NCBI GenBank assembly: GCA_973895155.1
Contig: OZ316897.1
Span: forward strand, 1,142,515 to 1,206,514
DNA length: 64,000 nt
Reading direction: 5' to 3'
DNA from: Marsupella aquatica
Lineage: Eukaryota > Plantae > Marchantiophyta
The position numbers and the translations under genes are program-made. Below, one piece after another: positions 27,179-40,385 of this stretch. The notes beneath the pieces were generated by a model. The model was not told the DNA's origin, searched no databases, and saw only the letters and a program-made list of their open reading frames with translations. Every line of letters begins with the position of its first letter. Position 1 is the first letter of the stretch.

Positions 27179-27699
27179 TTTGAAGTGCGGTGTTCTCTTT
27201 ATGTCGGCAACCTCTAAGTTGACGTACAAACTCTACAAAACTCTCTTGGATAAGTCAGTGAGGGTCTTTGAGATGAGGCTTTGAAAGGGATGTGTTGTAT
27301 TGACTCTGTTGTGCGACGCAACCCTTTCTGAGAAAGCTTGTTTTGGTAATCTGTTGCTACCAATGAAACCATAAGTCTTGGGCAAATTGTCTGGGCGTTC
27401 TTCATCTTGGAAACCCTCGCCAAGATGGACAAGACTTTGAAGTTTAGGTTTACCGCCGACATTAAAGTTTAGGGTTTATAAAGATGACCATTTGATGTGA
27501 CCGATATCATGTATCCGTTTGACGTGACTGATCGATATCATGTATTTGTTGTTCTGGTCAGAGTTGAGTTTAGGGTAGAGCATTGGCCGGCTTTGAGATT
27601 ATGCTTCTTGCTTTGTTACAAACTATGGATCATGGTGGGGGCGGACGTGAGCTGGTGATTGACAGGAAAAATATATTTTGTCACCCAAGATGTCCTTAA

Positions 27700-28870
27700 A
27701 GAAAAAAATATCAAATGTTAACAAAAAAGATGTTGTGGCACCCAAGATGTCATTAAGAAAAGAATTTGTCGTTAAGTAAAAATGGTTTCGTTAAGACAAA
27801 AGTTGCGCAAAAGATGGTGTGGTGAGAAAAAGAAGTTGAAGTGAGAAAAAGATGTCAAGGGAGAGGAACGATGTTGAGGTGAGAAAAAGATGTCGAGGTG
27901 AGAGAAGATGTCAAGGTGAACAAAGATGTTGAGGTGAGAAAAGAAATCGAGCAAAAAATATGTCAAGGAGAGAAAAGATGGCAATGTGAGAAAAATATGT
28001 GAAGATGAGGGAAAGATGTTGTGGTGAGATAAAAATGTGAAATTGAGGAAAAGGTCAGATGTCAAGGTGACAACAGATGTCAATTCAGAGAAAAATGAGA
28101 TGTTGAGGTGAGGCAAAGAAGAACAAAAGATATCGAGGAGAGAAAACATGGTGAGGTGAGAAAAAAATGACTGTAAAGATGAGGAAAAGATGTTCAAAAG
28201 AGAAAAAGATGTGAGTCAAGGGTGAGGGAAAGATGTTGTGGTGAGATAAAGATAAGAAATCAATGTGAGAAAAGATGTGGAGGTGAGGAAAGATTTTAAG
28301 TCAAGTGAGAAAATATAGGGAGAAGAGAAACAAAAATCAAGGACTCAAAAGATGTTGAGTTGATGAGAACATATATTGAGGAGAGAAACAAAAATCAAGG
28401 ACCTAAAAGATGTCAAGGGTGAGAAAACAACTGTCGTGGTGACATAAAGATGTCAATGTGAGGCAAGATAAGAAACTTATGTCAAAGCAAGGTAGAGTTG
28501 GTGTGGTGTTGTTCAAGAACTCATGCATTGCCCATAGAAATAATGGTCACCGCAACATAGAGTCCAAGCACAACCGAAAGATAGAAAATTTGTATTTTAA
28601 TTTTAATTTTTTAGAGAATTAATATTGTATACATTTTATTTTACTAAAGTTTTTCCAAAACTTTAAGGCTAATATCCAATCTTTACAACTCAATTTTAAT
28701 AATTGGGTTTTAATTAACAATCAATTAATTTGTTATCTTTGTTAAATTTGGGTAGGCTACGGGCAGCTTGGGATTAATAGGGGTATGGATGGATCCAGCG
28801 GTTGCAGAAAAACAATTTTCAACTAAGGGCTAAGATTTGTTCCCATTTTTTCTTGAGTTTGTAAATGTAC
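27700..28870. repeat. Dispersed repeat family, copy 2 (GAGAAAAGATGT minisatellite plus conserved tail)
   Basis: Homologous to 5470-7700. Confidence 0.7.
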
Positions 28871-29231
28871 CACTTCTAGAGTATATGGTATTATAGTGAA
28901 TTTTCCCCTCCTTGTAATAAGTTATTGTGCTTGACTTTACTCAATTGGTTTTTACTCATGATTACACTATGCACTTAATATTGTTTTATTGTGTATCTAT
29001 GATAGTCTCCTTGCATGATACTCGGGCATGCAAGAGGTAGTTACATTTTTTGCCTTTTTTCCACCATTTGATTCCCTTTTTCCTGTTCTTTTGGTCCACT
29101 CCATATTTAATTTGCTTTTGGTTTTATCCCTTCTGTTTATTGATTATCTTGTTTTTGGCACTGCATTTTAGAATGATAACCATGCAAAAAAGGGTAGAAC
29201 AGTGTATTATATTTTAGAACTAGCCCCATGC

Positions 29232-29680
29232 CTATGCGTTACACAAAAGATGTTGAGGTGAGGAAAAGATGTTATGATGAAAAATGATGTCGATGAGAAA
29301 AAAGGAAGTTGAGGAGAGAAAATGAAGTTGAGGTGAAAAAAAGATTTTGAGGTGAGGAAAGGGTGTTGAGATGAAAATATATGTCGATGAGAGAAAAAGA
29401 AGTCGAGGTGAAGAAAAGTTGTTGGGGAGAGAAATGATGGTGAAGTGAAAAAAGATGTAAAAATGAGGAAAATATGTTGAGGAAAGAAATGTTGAGCTCA
29501 TGGAAAGATGTCAAAGTGAGATAAAGATGTCAAAGTGAGATAAAGATGTCAAGGTGATAGAAGATGTGGAGGAGAGAAAAAGATATCGAGAGGAGAAAAT
29601 ATGTCAAGTGAGGAAAAAATGTCGTGGTGAGGTAAAGATGTGAATGTGAGAAAAATGGCAAAATGAGAAAAAGATCTTGA
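29232..29680. repeat. Dispersed repeat family, copy 3 (minisatellite), cut by the Copia insertion
   Basis: Same ~18-bp unit; it stops abruptly at TGTTAGAC (29681). Confidence 0.75.
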
Positions 29681-29790
29681 TGTTAGACTCTACCTTGTAG
29701 TCGGATGACCGGACCAGCCGGTCACCAGACATGACTATATGTACTGCCACTCATGGCTATTCAGAGATTCATTCCATTCGGATCATTACA
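29681..29790 (+). repeat. 5' LTR (~110 bp) of the Bianca element
   Basis: TGTTA...TTACA immediately before the PBS. The partner LTR and TSD are not in the window; the end may be 29792. Confidence 0.7.
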
Positions 29791-29792
29791 CA

Positions 29793-29804
29793 TTATCAGC
29801 ACGA
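29793..29804 (+). promoter_or_regulatory. Primer-binding site (Bianca-type, internal initiator tRNA-Met)
   Basis: TTATCAGCACGA just after the LTR end. Confidence 0.7.
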
Positions 29805-31157
29805 AAGCTTAACGAGCGAGAGCGGAATAGAGAATGATAAGAAACATCGATAAGGCGATAACATTTTTTTCCGAAAAACAAAGGAGATCGGGAACGAAGA
29901 GGCCACCCACAAATTGCAAAGCTTCAATCAGGCCTCATAACGATCGGACACACACCTAGAGAATAGCTCTTCAAAGTGAATCGATGGCTATGGCGATGGC
30001 GTGCAAACAGAGAGCGAAAGAATGAAGATCCTGTTGCTGCAGAAATAGTGTAGACCTTTTTCGGAAATCGAAGTAGAAAGAAAAACGAAGAATTCATAAG
30101 GACACCGATCCGGACCCATTGGAGGAGAAATATCGACCTGTGCTCTTTCAACTTGCTTTCGATAAGAGATTGAGATTGAGATTGATAAGAGCAGATAAGC
30201 ATCGATAAGGACAGCGGAAGGAGCAACCTGCAGCGAGGTATTGCCCATCATAAGGCAGCAAAAGGCCGAAAGCAAAGAAGCATAGAGCACAGATCAAAGG
30301 CGAAGACAGAGCACAGATCAGGTCGAGAGAGAGATCGGAAAGAAGCAGCCTTCGAAATACCCCCGACTGTGACAAGAGATTAGAAGAGATTGGAGCGATC
30401 GATCAAGAGAAGTAGATCGAGCAGAGAGTGAAGAAATGTTGCTGCCAAAATTGTGAAGCGCCACAGCTTCGCAGTAGGCCAATAGCCGAATCTAGGAAGG
30501 ACAGCAGAACCCCCCACAGCGCAAATCGAAGGAAGGAGGGGAGAGAAAACATTAAGAAATCACTCGACAGTTTACGAGAGAGGAGAGGAGAAACATTGAA
30601 GCCCAAGGATAGAGCTCGACAAACGTGAACAAGATACAAACCGGCGCAACTGCCAGCAGCATTACGCAACATCAGGCACGCAAGGAATCGACAAAAACAC
30701 GAGCAAACAGTTGCTAACTGCAAAACCTTTTTAAGTGCAAAATCCGTCAAAGAGATTTCAGTTACAAAGGAAAAGTTGCACTTAACCATAACTGCAAAAC
30801 CTAAGCGCACATCCGCATAACTGCACCCCGTAACCAAGAAAATTTACTTTACAAAGCCGCATGTGCACTTAACCAGGGCAAGAGTAAAGAATCACCCATA
30901 ACTGCACAAACTGCAAAACTTCATTACTGCACAGTTTAACAAAGGAAAGAGCAAATACAAAGGAAACTTTGCAGTTAACCAAATACCAAGGAAAACCTAA
31001 ATCCTAAGTGCAAACCCTAAAATTGAATTTTGGATTTGCATGCTCTCTCCACCCAGCCCCACCTTGCATGCCGCAGAAATGTGCTTTGTCATTTCCTACT
31101 ATACCTACTAGTAAATAAGCCTAAATTACCACTAAAAGGAATTGAGCCACCACCCCA

Positions 31158-31792
31158 ATGACCAACCTAGAGAAACTCAACTTTCCAGCCCTAGAAATAG
31201 ATGGAGGCAACTACCTAGAATGGTCCATGAACCTAAAAGAAAACCTAACCTCGCTAACCCTACTCCCCGCGATAGGGCTAGCTCAACCCATCCTTGCTGG
31301 CGAACCACAACCAAACCCATTAACTAAAGCCAACGAATCTAAGGCTCTAGTATTCCTGAGACGCCACATCCATAGATTCCTTCAGAGACAATACATGCAC
31401 CTATCGACCCCTAGGGAACTATGGACAGCCCTACAGACCCGATTCGACCACCAGAAACTGGTCGAACTACCTAAAGCTAGGCAAGACTGGCTAAACCTGC
31501 GAGTCCAGGACTTTACCTCTATTTCAGCCTACAATAGCGAACTCTTTAGAATAACATCAACCCTCGCACTATGTGGCGAGCCGGTCACAGACAAGGATCT
31601 GCTAGAGAAGACCTTGTCAACATTTCATTCATCGAATGTGTGGCTATCAACTCAGTATCGAAACATGAAGTTCGGGCAATACTCCGAGCTCATAGCCCAC
31701 CTCCTAGTCACCGAAAGAAACCAAGAACTCCTCTTAGTTAACTCTAGAAAACGTCCTGCGGGCACACTGCCCTCAGGATCACAGAGTGAAAC
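31158..31792 (+). pseudogene. gag: Copia gag, N-terminal part, interrupted by the TIR element
   Basis: Removing 31793-60668 restores ...GSQSETHLTDTAKPSTSRQGMKRSRN..., in frame with ORF 60712. Confidence 0.9.
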
Positions 31793-31829
31793 ATCAGCCT
31801 ATTCATTAAAAGTGTATTATTATTTGATT

Positions 31830-32157
31830 TATGTACATTTGGGCAATGAAAAGTGTACTTTTGGGCTTGGAAAAGTGTACATTTGGCCAATGAAAAGTGT
31901 ACATTTGGGGATAGAAAAGTGTACAATTGGCCCAAAGAGTGTACATTTGGGCAATGAAAAGTGTAAATTTGAATATCAAAATAGGTACATTTGGCTTTAA
32001 AAGTGTACATTTGAGTACATTTGGCCTAGAAAGTGTACATTTGAGTGAAAAATGCATACATTTGGCTTAAAAAGTGTACATTTAAGTGTATTTGGTCTAA
32101 AAAGTGTATCTTTTAGTGCAACAAAGTGTACATTTGGCCTAAAAAGTGTACATTTGC
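31830..32157 (+). repeat. Left subterminal array of AAAGTGTACATTTGG motifs (~13 copies, ~22-bp spacing)
   Basis: Directly visible; likely transposase-binding sites (inference). Confidence 0.85.
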
Positions 32158-32407
32158 CTACCAACTCTTCTTAGAATCATTTAAAAGAAAGGAATGAATA
32201 GAAAAATATTTTTAATTATGTAGAAAAAGCAAACATTCATATTCATAATGATCAAAAGTTTAGAAAATGAGGAGATAGTATCAAATTAAAACTATTAGAA
32301 TAGTAAATAACTAGTACCTAAATTACTATGTTTGAATGAGTGACTATCTTAGTTACATAAAAACGAGTAACTATCTATTTAATTATTATAGCTTCTAACA
32401 ACTAAGT

Positions 32408-35400
32408 CTACTTGTCCATCCTTTGAAGATAATTTTGGACAGTTTGTAGAACATTTTGAGGGATCTTCAAACCTTTGCCCGCCATGTTTTCTTCTTTCAT
32501 TCCAGATTTAAAACCATACATTGCAGAATTTGCATACTGCCAATGTTGAGTATTCTCACCAAACCCTGGATCTCGTTCCCATGTCTTAGTGGACATGAAA
32601 CAATTTAGATACCGCGCACTCTCAGTCACATCAAGTTTAGAGTGTTTAGGCCTCCACCATTCAACTGGGAACATTGGAGCGTACTGTCGAGGCAGAGAAG
32701 GGTTTGTTGAAGATGTAGTTGGGACTTCATGCTTTGGGTCCACCAAACCCAAAGCTCTCACCAACCAGAAATGACCTCCACCATTTTTATTCTCCCAATC
32801 ATCCTCGGGTCGAAGAAATACAAAGTTTCCTTCACAAATATCCTGTAAAGGAATCCATCGTCCTTGTTCTCTCTCAGCTCGAGATCCAACAAATGGTGTT
32901 GCTTGATCTTCCATCTCTTCCAAGACCTCATTTTGAAGAGCCGTTATCTCTGCATTCTCCTCATCTTCACTTGGAGGACCACTTTGTTCCGGTTGGTTGA
33001 CCTTGTAACCAGTGCCGTGGTTAGTCTTAGGCCAAAATCTGCTTTTCAAGGGAAATTGAGTACTTCCCTCCCCTTCTAGTGCGAGCCCATTTGTCAACAA
33101 CTCCACAATTCTCTCCCAATATTTCACAAGAGGAAATCTTTCCTTATATGCTATAGATGTCTCATCAGTGCAACTCCTTCTCAAAAAATCAAGGTACTTG
33201 TTAAGAAATGGGATAATCTCTTCAGATTTTTTGTGTATCTCTCCAATGGATTTAGCTAAGGGCTCTCCACTAGGTAAAAGAAGAGAATTTGTTGTCAGAT
33301 CTGTTGCCCAAATGCACCTTCCACCAACTGGAGCCCAAGCTTGCTTTACATGGGACTTATACTGAAATATTGGTACATTATCTCTCATAGAGAAAAGAAA
33401 TGATACAGGTTTTGAGTGACCTTGAATATCTTTCACCTTGAAAGTTTGAAGATATTCTTTGTAAGATGCAACTTCTTGTATCAATCTGGGAACTGGATGA
33501 ATGCTCTCGCATTCCCATACTTCTGCCATAAGAGCAAGGAGGGTTGCAACTTCTTTGTGCTGAACTTGATATGATACCTTTGAAAAGAGTGCATCAACAT
33601 CTTCGTGCGTATGACCAACCATTAGAAAAGACATTTGAACAGTTTCAAATACTCCTCTACTCACAAGCTCGCTACAAAATGCCATGACAGTCTGGTTTTT
33701 GTTGTCCTTTGCTGAATTATCCATCTGCAATGTTAGGTGCCTTGGCAAGGGCTTGAACGATGGACTGCCTTGCTCTCCTTGCATGTCTTCTCCTTCATCC
33801 TCATCTTGTTGGTTTGGGACGGTCTCAGTCCGACTCTCAGCTCCATCTTCAGAACCAATATACCTATTCACCGGTATATTTTTTGGTTCCAAATAACCCG
33901 TAAAAAATGCTTCAAAGTCAAGTAGGGCTTGAAAGAAAGGTCTGTGAGGTTCCCAATGAAGGCCATCCAACATGTCACCTGTCTTGTCTCCATTGTACTC
34001 TTCAAGGTCTCGAAGACACTTAGCCAAGGATGTCACTGTGAAATCGGCATCTCCTGGCCAAAGGCCAGTGACACTAAAGTGTGCATAAACTCCTGGATCC
34101 CTCCCGTGGGTCAACATCCCTGTGAGAGCAATAGGTAGCGGCATTCCATGACCCGAAAGAGATTTAGGAGTACTAACCATTTTTGGAATCCATGTCTTTG
34201 CTTGATCCATCTTGTCATGAATAATGCAAAGATATTCTCCTGGGTGTTGTTTGGCCATCACTCAATGAGCGTAGTAAACATATCTACGTGACATTTGCTC
34301 ACGAAGATGTTGCGCTCGCTTTTCTTCAATTTCAGCACGTTCTTTTTTCCTTCTTTCTCGCATCAAACTGTCTTTGTATTCACAACAAAGAGTACACTTG
34401 GCAAATGCACCATCTTTATGAAAACTGAAGTTTGCAAATGAGTTGCTCCAGATCTTGTAGAGAGTATTCTCTGTGACAGGAGGAAGCCCTTCTTCCTTCA
34501 TCTTTGTTCTCACATCTTCCAGAATCTCTAGCTTCTTGTAACACGCCGGAAGACGGTACTCAGTAGAGTCTGTCCCATGTGCCCCTCCATAAGGCATATG
34601 AGGTATGGGCTCTGCATTTCGAGTCAAAAAAGCCTCCAACAGAGCTCATGCATGCAAAGTATTTGCCCTTGTTTTCATCAAGCCCGTATTGCCATGGAAC
34701 CCAATTTTGCAACCCTCCACATATCTCCTTTTGTAATCATAATATTTGGTGTGGCTAAAACCATGGATAATTGCAAATGCATGTCTGCATACGACCATAC
34801 CCTTAAGAACATGGTGTCCCTTATCACGAACATCATCCTCTCTATAGTGAAAGAGGTTGAAAATGTGTGACGTTTTTGACTCGCTTGACATCCCATGAAA
34901 TTCCATCCTAATATCTTCGATGTTTTCCCTTGGCATAATGAGACAACATTTTTGCTTGCAACAATTTTCTCTTTTCACGTCATCAATCGATGCCTCTGTT
35001 GTTTTTGAAATTGCCTTGGTTTCCAACAACCTCCTCTTCTTTTCATTCGGATCTACTTGATTCCTCTTGTTGAAATTGTACGGCCTTGAACACAGTACTC
35101 CTCGATCACTTACATCCGCATTGAGTTCATCCCTATCCATTGAGTCCATCCTCTCAGAACCTTCCACCAAAATGTCTGACAAAAATTTCCATTTGCAACT
35201 AGTTTTGTTGAATCAATCCGCCATCGAATCAAACTCACTATTCCCTTGTGGATGTTGGGAAAGTATTGTGCTGCCACGACATCTTTCACAGCAATCCCAA
35301 CATGGTCATCACCAAGAATTTCATCATCAACTGCTGCTATCACTTGAGAGACAGTGATCGTTCTAGTGGCAACCATTTTGGTTCGATCCAAACCAGTGTA

Positions 35401-36180
35401 GAGTTCAACCAACTCTGACATCCAGTTTGCCCGATGAAAATAGTCACGCTTAGTGTCCGTGGTGTTTGCCGAACAAGACTGTGAAACAAAATTTGCCTTG
35501 TCCTTCTGCTTCTTAGAGGAAGATTTGTTGCTCCCATCAAAATCAACATTCCATACTTTATTGTGGACGTTAACCACATCCCATAGAACCCAGGAGCCCT
35601 TTGCCTCTTCAATTGTTGCAGCTCCACCATGTGCGTAAGGTAAAGTCTTACTACCATGAATCACATCTGTGACTTTTACACTAACCCGAGACTCACCGAG
35701 TAATATGTTATGACATCTCTCCATTGGATCGGTCTTGAAAACAACTCCAAAGGCCACACAATGGCCAGAGATAAACATTTCAACCTCATCGCCTGGCCTT
35801 AGGGTGGTCAAAGCATCCTCCTCTACATTTGCAAAATTATGGATGTTGTTATCTTTTCGAGTCGAACAACTACCAATACTGATGCGTTTTTGAGTAATCT
35901 TATCCGCAGATCGATATGCACATGACATATCCCAAATGACACATGAGTCAATGGCATCATGAAGATTTTCTGCCCTAGGCATTGGAAAAGGGAGCTTCCT
36001 AGTCTCACCAAAGGCCTTCTCAATGAGAACCCCAATTTGATTCTCTCCCAGCACAATATTTTGAACACTCTCTCGCGGATCTGTCTTTTGAACTGTCCCA
36101 TTTCCAACGTCGTAACCATCAATTGTCAAGGTAACATCATCGCCCCTAGAAAACCTTTGAGTCATCCTTTTCCTATTTTC
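32408..36180 (-). pseudogene. Sola-like transposase (~1250 aa reconstructed) with three N-terminal Tnp1/DUF8039-like modules; one frameshift (~35185) and two TGA stops (34646, 34262)
   Basis: Cys motifs CCKQKCC, VCRHAF and KCTLC precede the catalytic core IIHDKMDQ..LTGMLTHG..LQMDNSAKDNKN..FLMVGHTHEDVDALFS. ORFs 34646-35182, 34262-34639 and 32408-34261 share one frame. A splice acceptor TTTTTTCAGTGTGCAG lies at 36181 and a donor AAG/GTGAGT at 37344. Confidence 0.88.
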
Positions 36181-36249
36181 CTGCACACTGAAAAAAATGG
36201 ATTAAAACCAAACTCATGCAAATTTTGATTTAGACTACTATCCTCCAAT

Positions 36250-37147
36250 TTTGGATTTGGACTAGGACCATCTGAGTCCGGATTTGGACCGGGACCATCC
36301 AAGTCTGGATTAGGACTGCAATCCGCCGAGTCTGGATTTGGACTATGATCCTCCGATTCTGGATTTGGCCAGGGACCATCCGAGTCCGGATTTGGACCGG
36401 GACCATCCAAGTTTGGATTTGGACTGCAATCCTCCGAGTCTAGATTTGGACTACAATCCTCCGATTCTGGATTTGGACTGGGACCATCCGAGTCCGGATT
36501 TAGACCGGGACCATCCAAGTTCGGATTTGGACTGCAATCCTTCGAGTCTGGATTTGGACTACGATCCTTCGATTCTAGATTTGGACTGGGACCATCCCAG
36601 TCCAAGGTTGGACTAGAACCATCCCAATCCAAACTAGGACTCGGACCATCCCAATCCAAACTAGGACTTGGACCATCCAAGTCCAAACTTGGACTCGGAC
36701 CATCCCAATCCAAACTTGGACTCGGACCATCCCAATCCAAACTAGGACTTAGACCATTAAAGTCCAAACTAGGACTCGGACCATCCAAATCCAAACTTGG
36801 ACTCGGACCATCCCAATCCAAACTAGGACTTAGACCATCCAAGCCCAAACTAGGACTCGGACCATCCCAATCCAAACTTGGACTCGGACCATCCAAGTTC
36901 AAACTTGGACTCGGATGATCCCAATCCAAAGTTGGACTCGGCCCATCGTAATCCAAAGTTGGACTTAGACCATCCCAATCCAAACTAGGACTTGGACCAT
37001 CCAAGTTCAAACTTGGACTCGTAGGATCCCAATCCAAACTAGGACTCAGATGATCCCAATGCAAAGTTGGACTCGGATGATCCTAATCCAAACTTGGACT
37101 AGGATCATCCGAATCCAAACTTGGACTAGAACCATCCTAGACCAACC
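36250..37147. repeat. ~33 copies of a 27-bp quasi-palindromic tandem repeat (TTGGACTCGGACCATCCCAATCCAAAC) in the predicted 5' intron of the transposase gene
   Basis: Directly visible; produces the spurious DWDGPSPSL 9-aa repeat ORF. Confidence 0.92.
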
Positions 37148-37344
37148 CATGATGTAATGGGAGATAAACTTCAAACATCTTAAGCTAAGAAAAATCCAAA
37201 TTTAGGAAGACCCCGTATTTTACGGATCTCCCTAGATATGGTGTAGCCTAAAGTTTGCATGGTCTTAAGGCAGACCCTAATGTCTACATACTGTTTCATG
37301 AAATAATGGAACCTTATATTTGAATGCATTAACCTTATACTCAC

Positions 37345-38228
37345 CTTAGTATTAAGATCTGGTAGAAGATGAATATCACATCCAAGGGGTATACATTGTT
37401 GTTTGAATAATGGTAAAAACTTCCCAGAACCTTGAAATACAAGCTATATGCCACTAAATCTTGGAAGTAAAAAACAAATTGAACCCTAAACCACACATAT
37501 CTGTAAAAGATAAACTGAGAGGACTCCAAAAGTCAAGAAGCTGGCTAAGCTGACCCAATGAAGGTAAATGGCTCAATATATAACACTTTAAGAGAAACTC
37601 CACTCCGGATTACATGGAGCTTAGATTTGGGAAACTAGAACAAGAATGAGCTCCAAAGTGGGCGTCTCCCAAATTATAGCCTTCGCTCGAGTCGGCTCAA
37701 CCGGAAATCGCGTGAAGATAAGGGTTGAGTACGCGTTCACCTTAGCTTGCGGACACACCTTATCTTCACGAGCCTAATTGCGCGGGGACTACCATGGAAG
37801 GCTATTAGGTAGGCAGGACATCAAGGAAGGAGGCCGTATGCAAGGTGAGGGCAACGGGCCGGATGCAAGAGCAGGCCGTATGCCAGAGCAGGCCGTACGC
37901 AGTAGAAGGAGGCAACCGGCCGTACATAGGCCGGGGTGAGGCAGGAGGGGGTAAAGGGACGGAGAGGTCCAACCAGGACCTCATTCTCATTCTCTCATTC
38001 TCTCCCTCTCTCGCTCTCTCGCTCTCTCGCTCTCCTCTCGCTCTCCTCTTGCTCTCCTCTCGCTCTCCTCTTGCTCTCCTTGCTCTCTGTTCTCCGCTCT
38101 CTCTTCGCTCTCCATTCTCTCTCTGCCTCCCCGCCTCCGCCTTCCACCTTCCACCTCCATTCTTTTTTATTGCCCTAGATCGGACGCCTGCTAAGACGCC
38201 ACGTGTCTCGCTGCCACGGGTTAGAAAG
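37345..38228. promoter_or_regulatory. Divergent promoter/5'UTR region between the transposase and the cargo gene
   Basis: GC/CpG-rich, with 5 GGCCG(T/G)A(T/C) motifs (37832-37926), a 13-bp inverted repeat CGTGAAGATAAGG (37711-37770) and a CT-rich leader (37980-38160) typical of plant 5'UTRs. Confidence 0.6.
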
Positions 38229-38390
38229 ATGGAAGCAAATCGCGTCCTTGTGATGTCCTACGTGGAAGAAACGGAGGAGTTTGACCTCTCCTCTATGAGC
38301 GACAGTGTGGAACTGGCACTCGAAGACTCTAGACAATTTCAATCACGAATCCCGAGTAAGTATCCATCACCTATCCTCCCTAAGTCTTAG

Positions 38391-38595
38391 AGGACTGGGA
38401 CCATCCGAGTCCAAAGTTGGACTCGGACCATCCCAATCCAAGCTTGGACTCGGACCATCCCAATCCAAAGTTGGACTCAGACCAACCCAATCCAAAGTTG
38501 GACTCGGATGATCCTAATCCATCTAGGAGATTGAATCCCGATTGTAGGAGCAAGTCTAAAACCATCTCAAGTTGGACTAGGACCATCCTAATCCA
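38391..38595. repeat. 5-6 copies of the same 27-bp palindromic repeat in cargo-gene intron 1
   Basis: GGACTCGGACCATCCCAATCCAAAGTT units between donor 38356 and acceptor 38657. Confidence 0.88.
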
Positions 38596-40385
38596 ACAAG
38601 AGTTATTCGAATGTTTTGAAGGTTTTAAGTCTAACATGGATGACGTTTATGATGCAGGGAGCGAACTTGTTGTTTTCAAACCCGCGATTGCACCGACCCA
38701 CTGCCTGGACGGATTCTTACTAGATGAGAGATCCCCACGCTTTCGATGGGGGCTTGAGTTCTCAAGAACCCCGCTTAATACTTCTGGGTCATCAACCACG
38801 ATTGAACCTGTTTTGACCTTAAAGTGCAGAGGAAATGATAGCCTGACTTTTGTTTGCGGACCTGTGGTCTCTGTTGGCATTGGAGGGAGAGGGATGAATA
38901 CGGTCATTCTCGAGATGCACGATAAGTCCTGTTGGGTTAAAGTTAACCTTTTGTCAAAGGCATACTCCTCTGAATTCAATGTCGAATGGCACGCAAGTGG
39001 GGAATTGAGCGTTTTGTCAATGGGATTTTTTCCAAAGACCTATGACACAAAGAAGTTGGTCGCCGGGGTAACTGGTATGCTTCCAGTCGACATTATGTAT
39101 GGGTTTCAATATTTGAAACTCAACATGATGAAGCACCAAGGCAATTTTTCTTTTGCAACTACCTGGACGTTAAGCAATTTAGTTGAGAAAGCTGGATTGT
39201 TATCGTTGGAGTTGGAGGAGCCTGGTGTTTTAATTGATAAGGATGTTGCATTTGCTCCCAAGTTTGATTTAGTCAAAGCAAAGCAATGGATAGAATCTTT
39301 GTCCAAGACGAGAAAGCTTCCAGCGGTGAATACAAACCCTGTGCGCGAGAAAGCGCCAGAGAAAGCTCCAGAACCTACAACAGAGACCACGGGAACTACA
39401 GCAGCGACCTTTCAAAGAGCAGTGGGAAAACAAAAACAAAGCCAAAGGAAACCTCCGGTTGAGAAGAAACTTCCGGTCGAGAAACCGAGTACGAGAAGCC
39501 GAGTTGAGAAGCCAGTTGAGAAGCCAGTTGAGAAGCCGAGTATGAGAAGCCGAGTTGAGAAGCCAGTTGAGAAGAAACGTCTGGTTGAGAAGCCGAGTGC
39601 AAGTGAAAAGAGACCAAGACAGAAGAAGAAACAAAAAATTGACAGTGCCATCAGGGATGACACTACAGAAAACCTGATAGTGCATTCACAAGATGTGGAC
39701 GAGCAGTTGGACGCTCCTGAGGAGAAGAAGGTCTTAGAAGGTAATGAGGTATTGCAACAAATGGAGCAATATTATACGTTTGGGATCAATTCAATATTTT
39801 TTATTCCTGTAGACAGTATTTTCCCTGCGTCGGCAAGACTCTGTTACAGAATGTTGAATGCAGAACATGTAAAGGAGGTGGCCAATTCCATGATAAGAAA
39901 TCCGGGGCATGAACCACACATAGCAGACTTGATTCCTTACACTACAAAACATAGAAACCTAATGCAGTATGACAACACAGAATCAGATAGGAGGGACTTT
40001 GTAGCAGCCGTGAAAAAGGGCGAGGTTCAATTCCTTGCCATTAGCGGTCAACATTCGGCTAGAGCAGCCAGATGGATTCGAGAATGGGCAAACAAGGATG
40101 CCAAGCTGACAACATTGGCAAAAAAGCTGGAATTTTGAAAGTCAAGAATATTATCTCATCGAACACCATCGTCAATATTAGTTGAGCATTCAATGCGATC
40201 TAATGCGATCAATAGCACGATGGTGTTTCAGTCATGCTTCAAAGATACAGTCGTTCATGCTAGGCGACAATTTGTGGAATGTGGAAAACCTAGCCGGCCA
40301 AAACATGGGGACAACAAAACAAACGCTCAAGACAATCAAAAATTTCAGGTACGAAGTGTTACTGCTTGATGGGTACAATACTATA

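Noticed and set aside
27772-29514. F/L/S/H-rich minus-strand ORFs (also 5439-5675)
   Set aside because: Translations of the GA-rich minisatellite.
31793-32000. C-terminal 69 aa of the 280-aa gag ORF
   Set aside because: Read-through into the TIR and subterminal repeats of the inserted transposon. The same applies to the tail of ORF 60712-61692 and the head of ORF 61880, which come from the MITE.
36162-37064. 300-aa DWDGPSPSL-repeat protein
   Set aside because: It is a translation of the 27-bp tandem array and lies between a splice donor (37344) and acceptor (36181).
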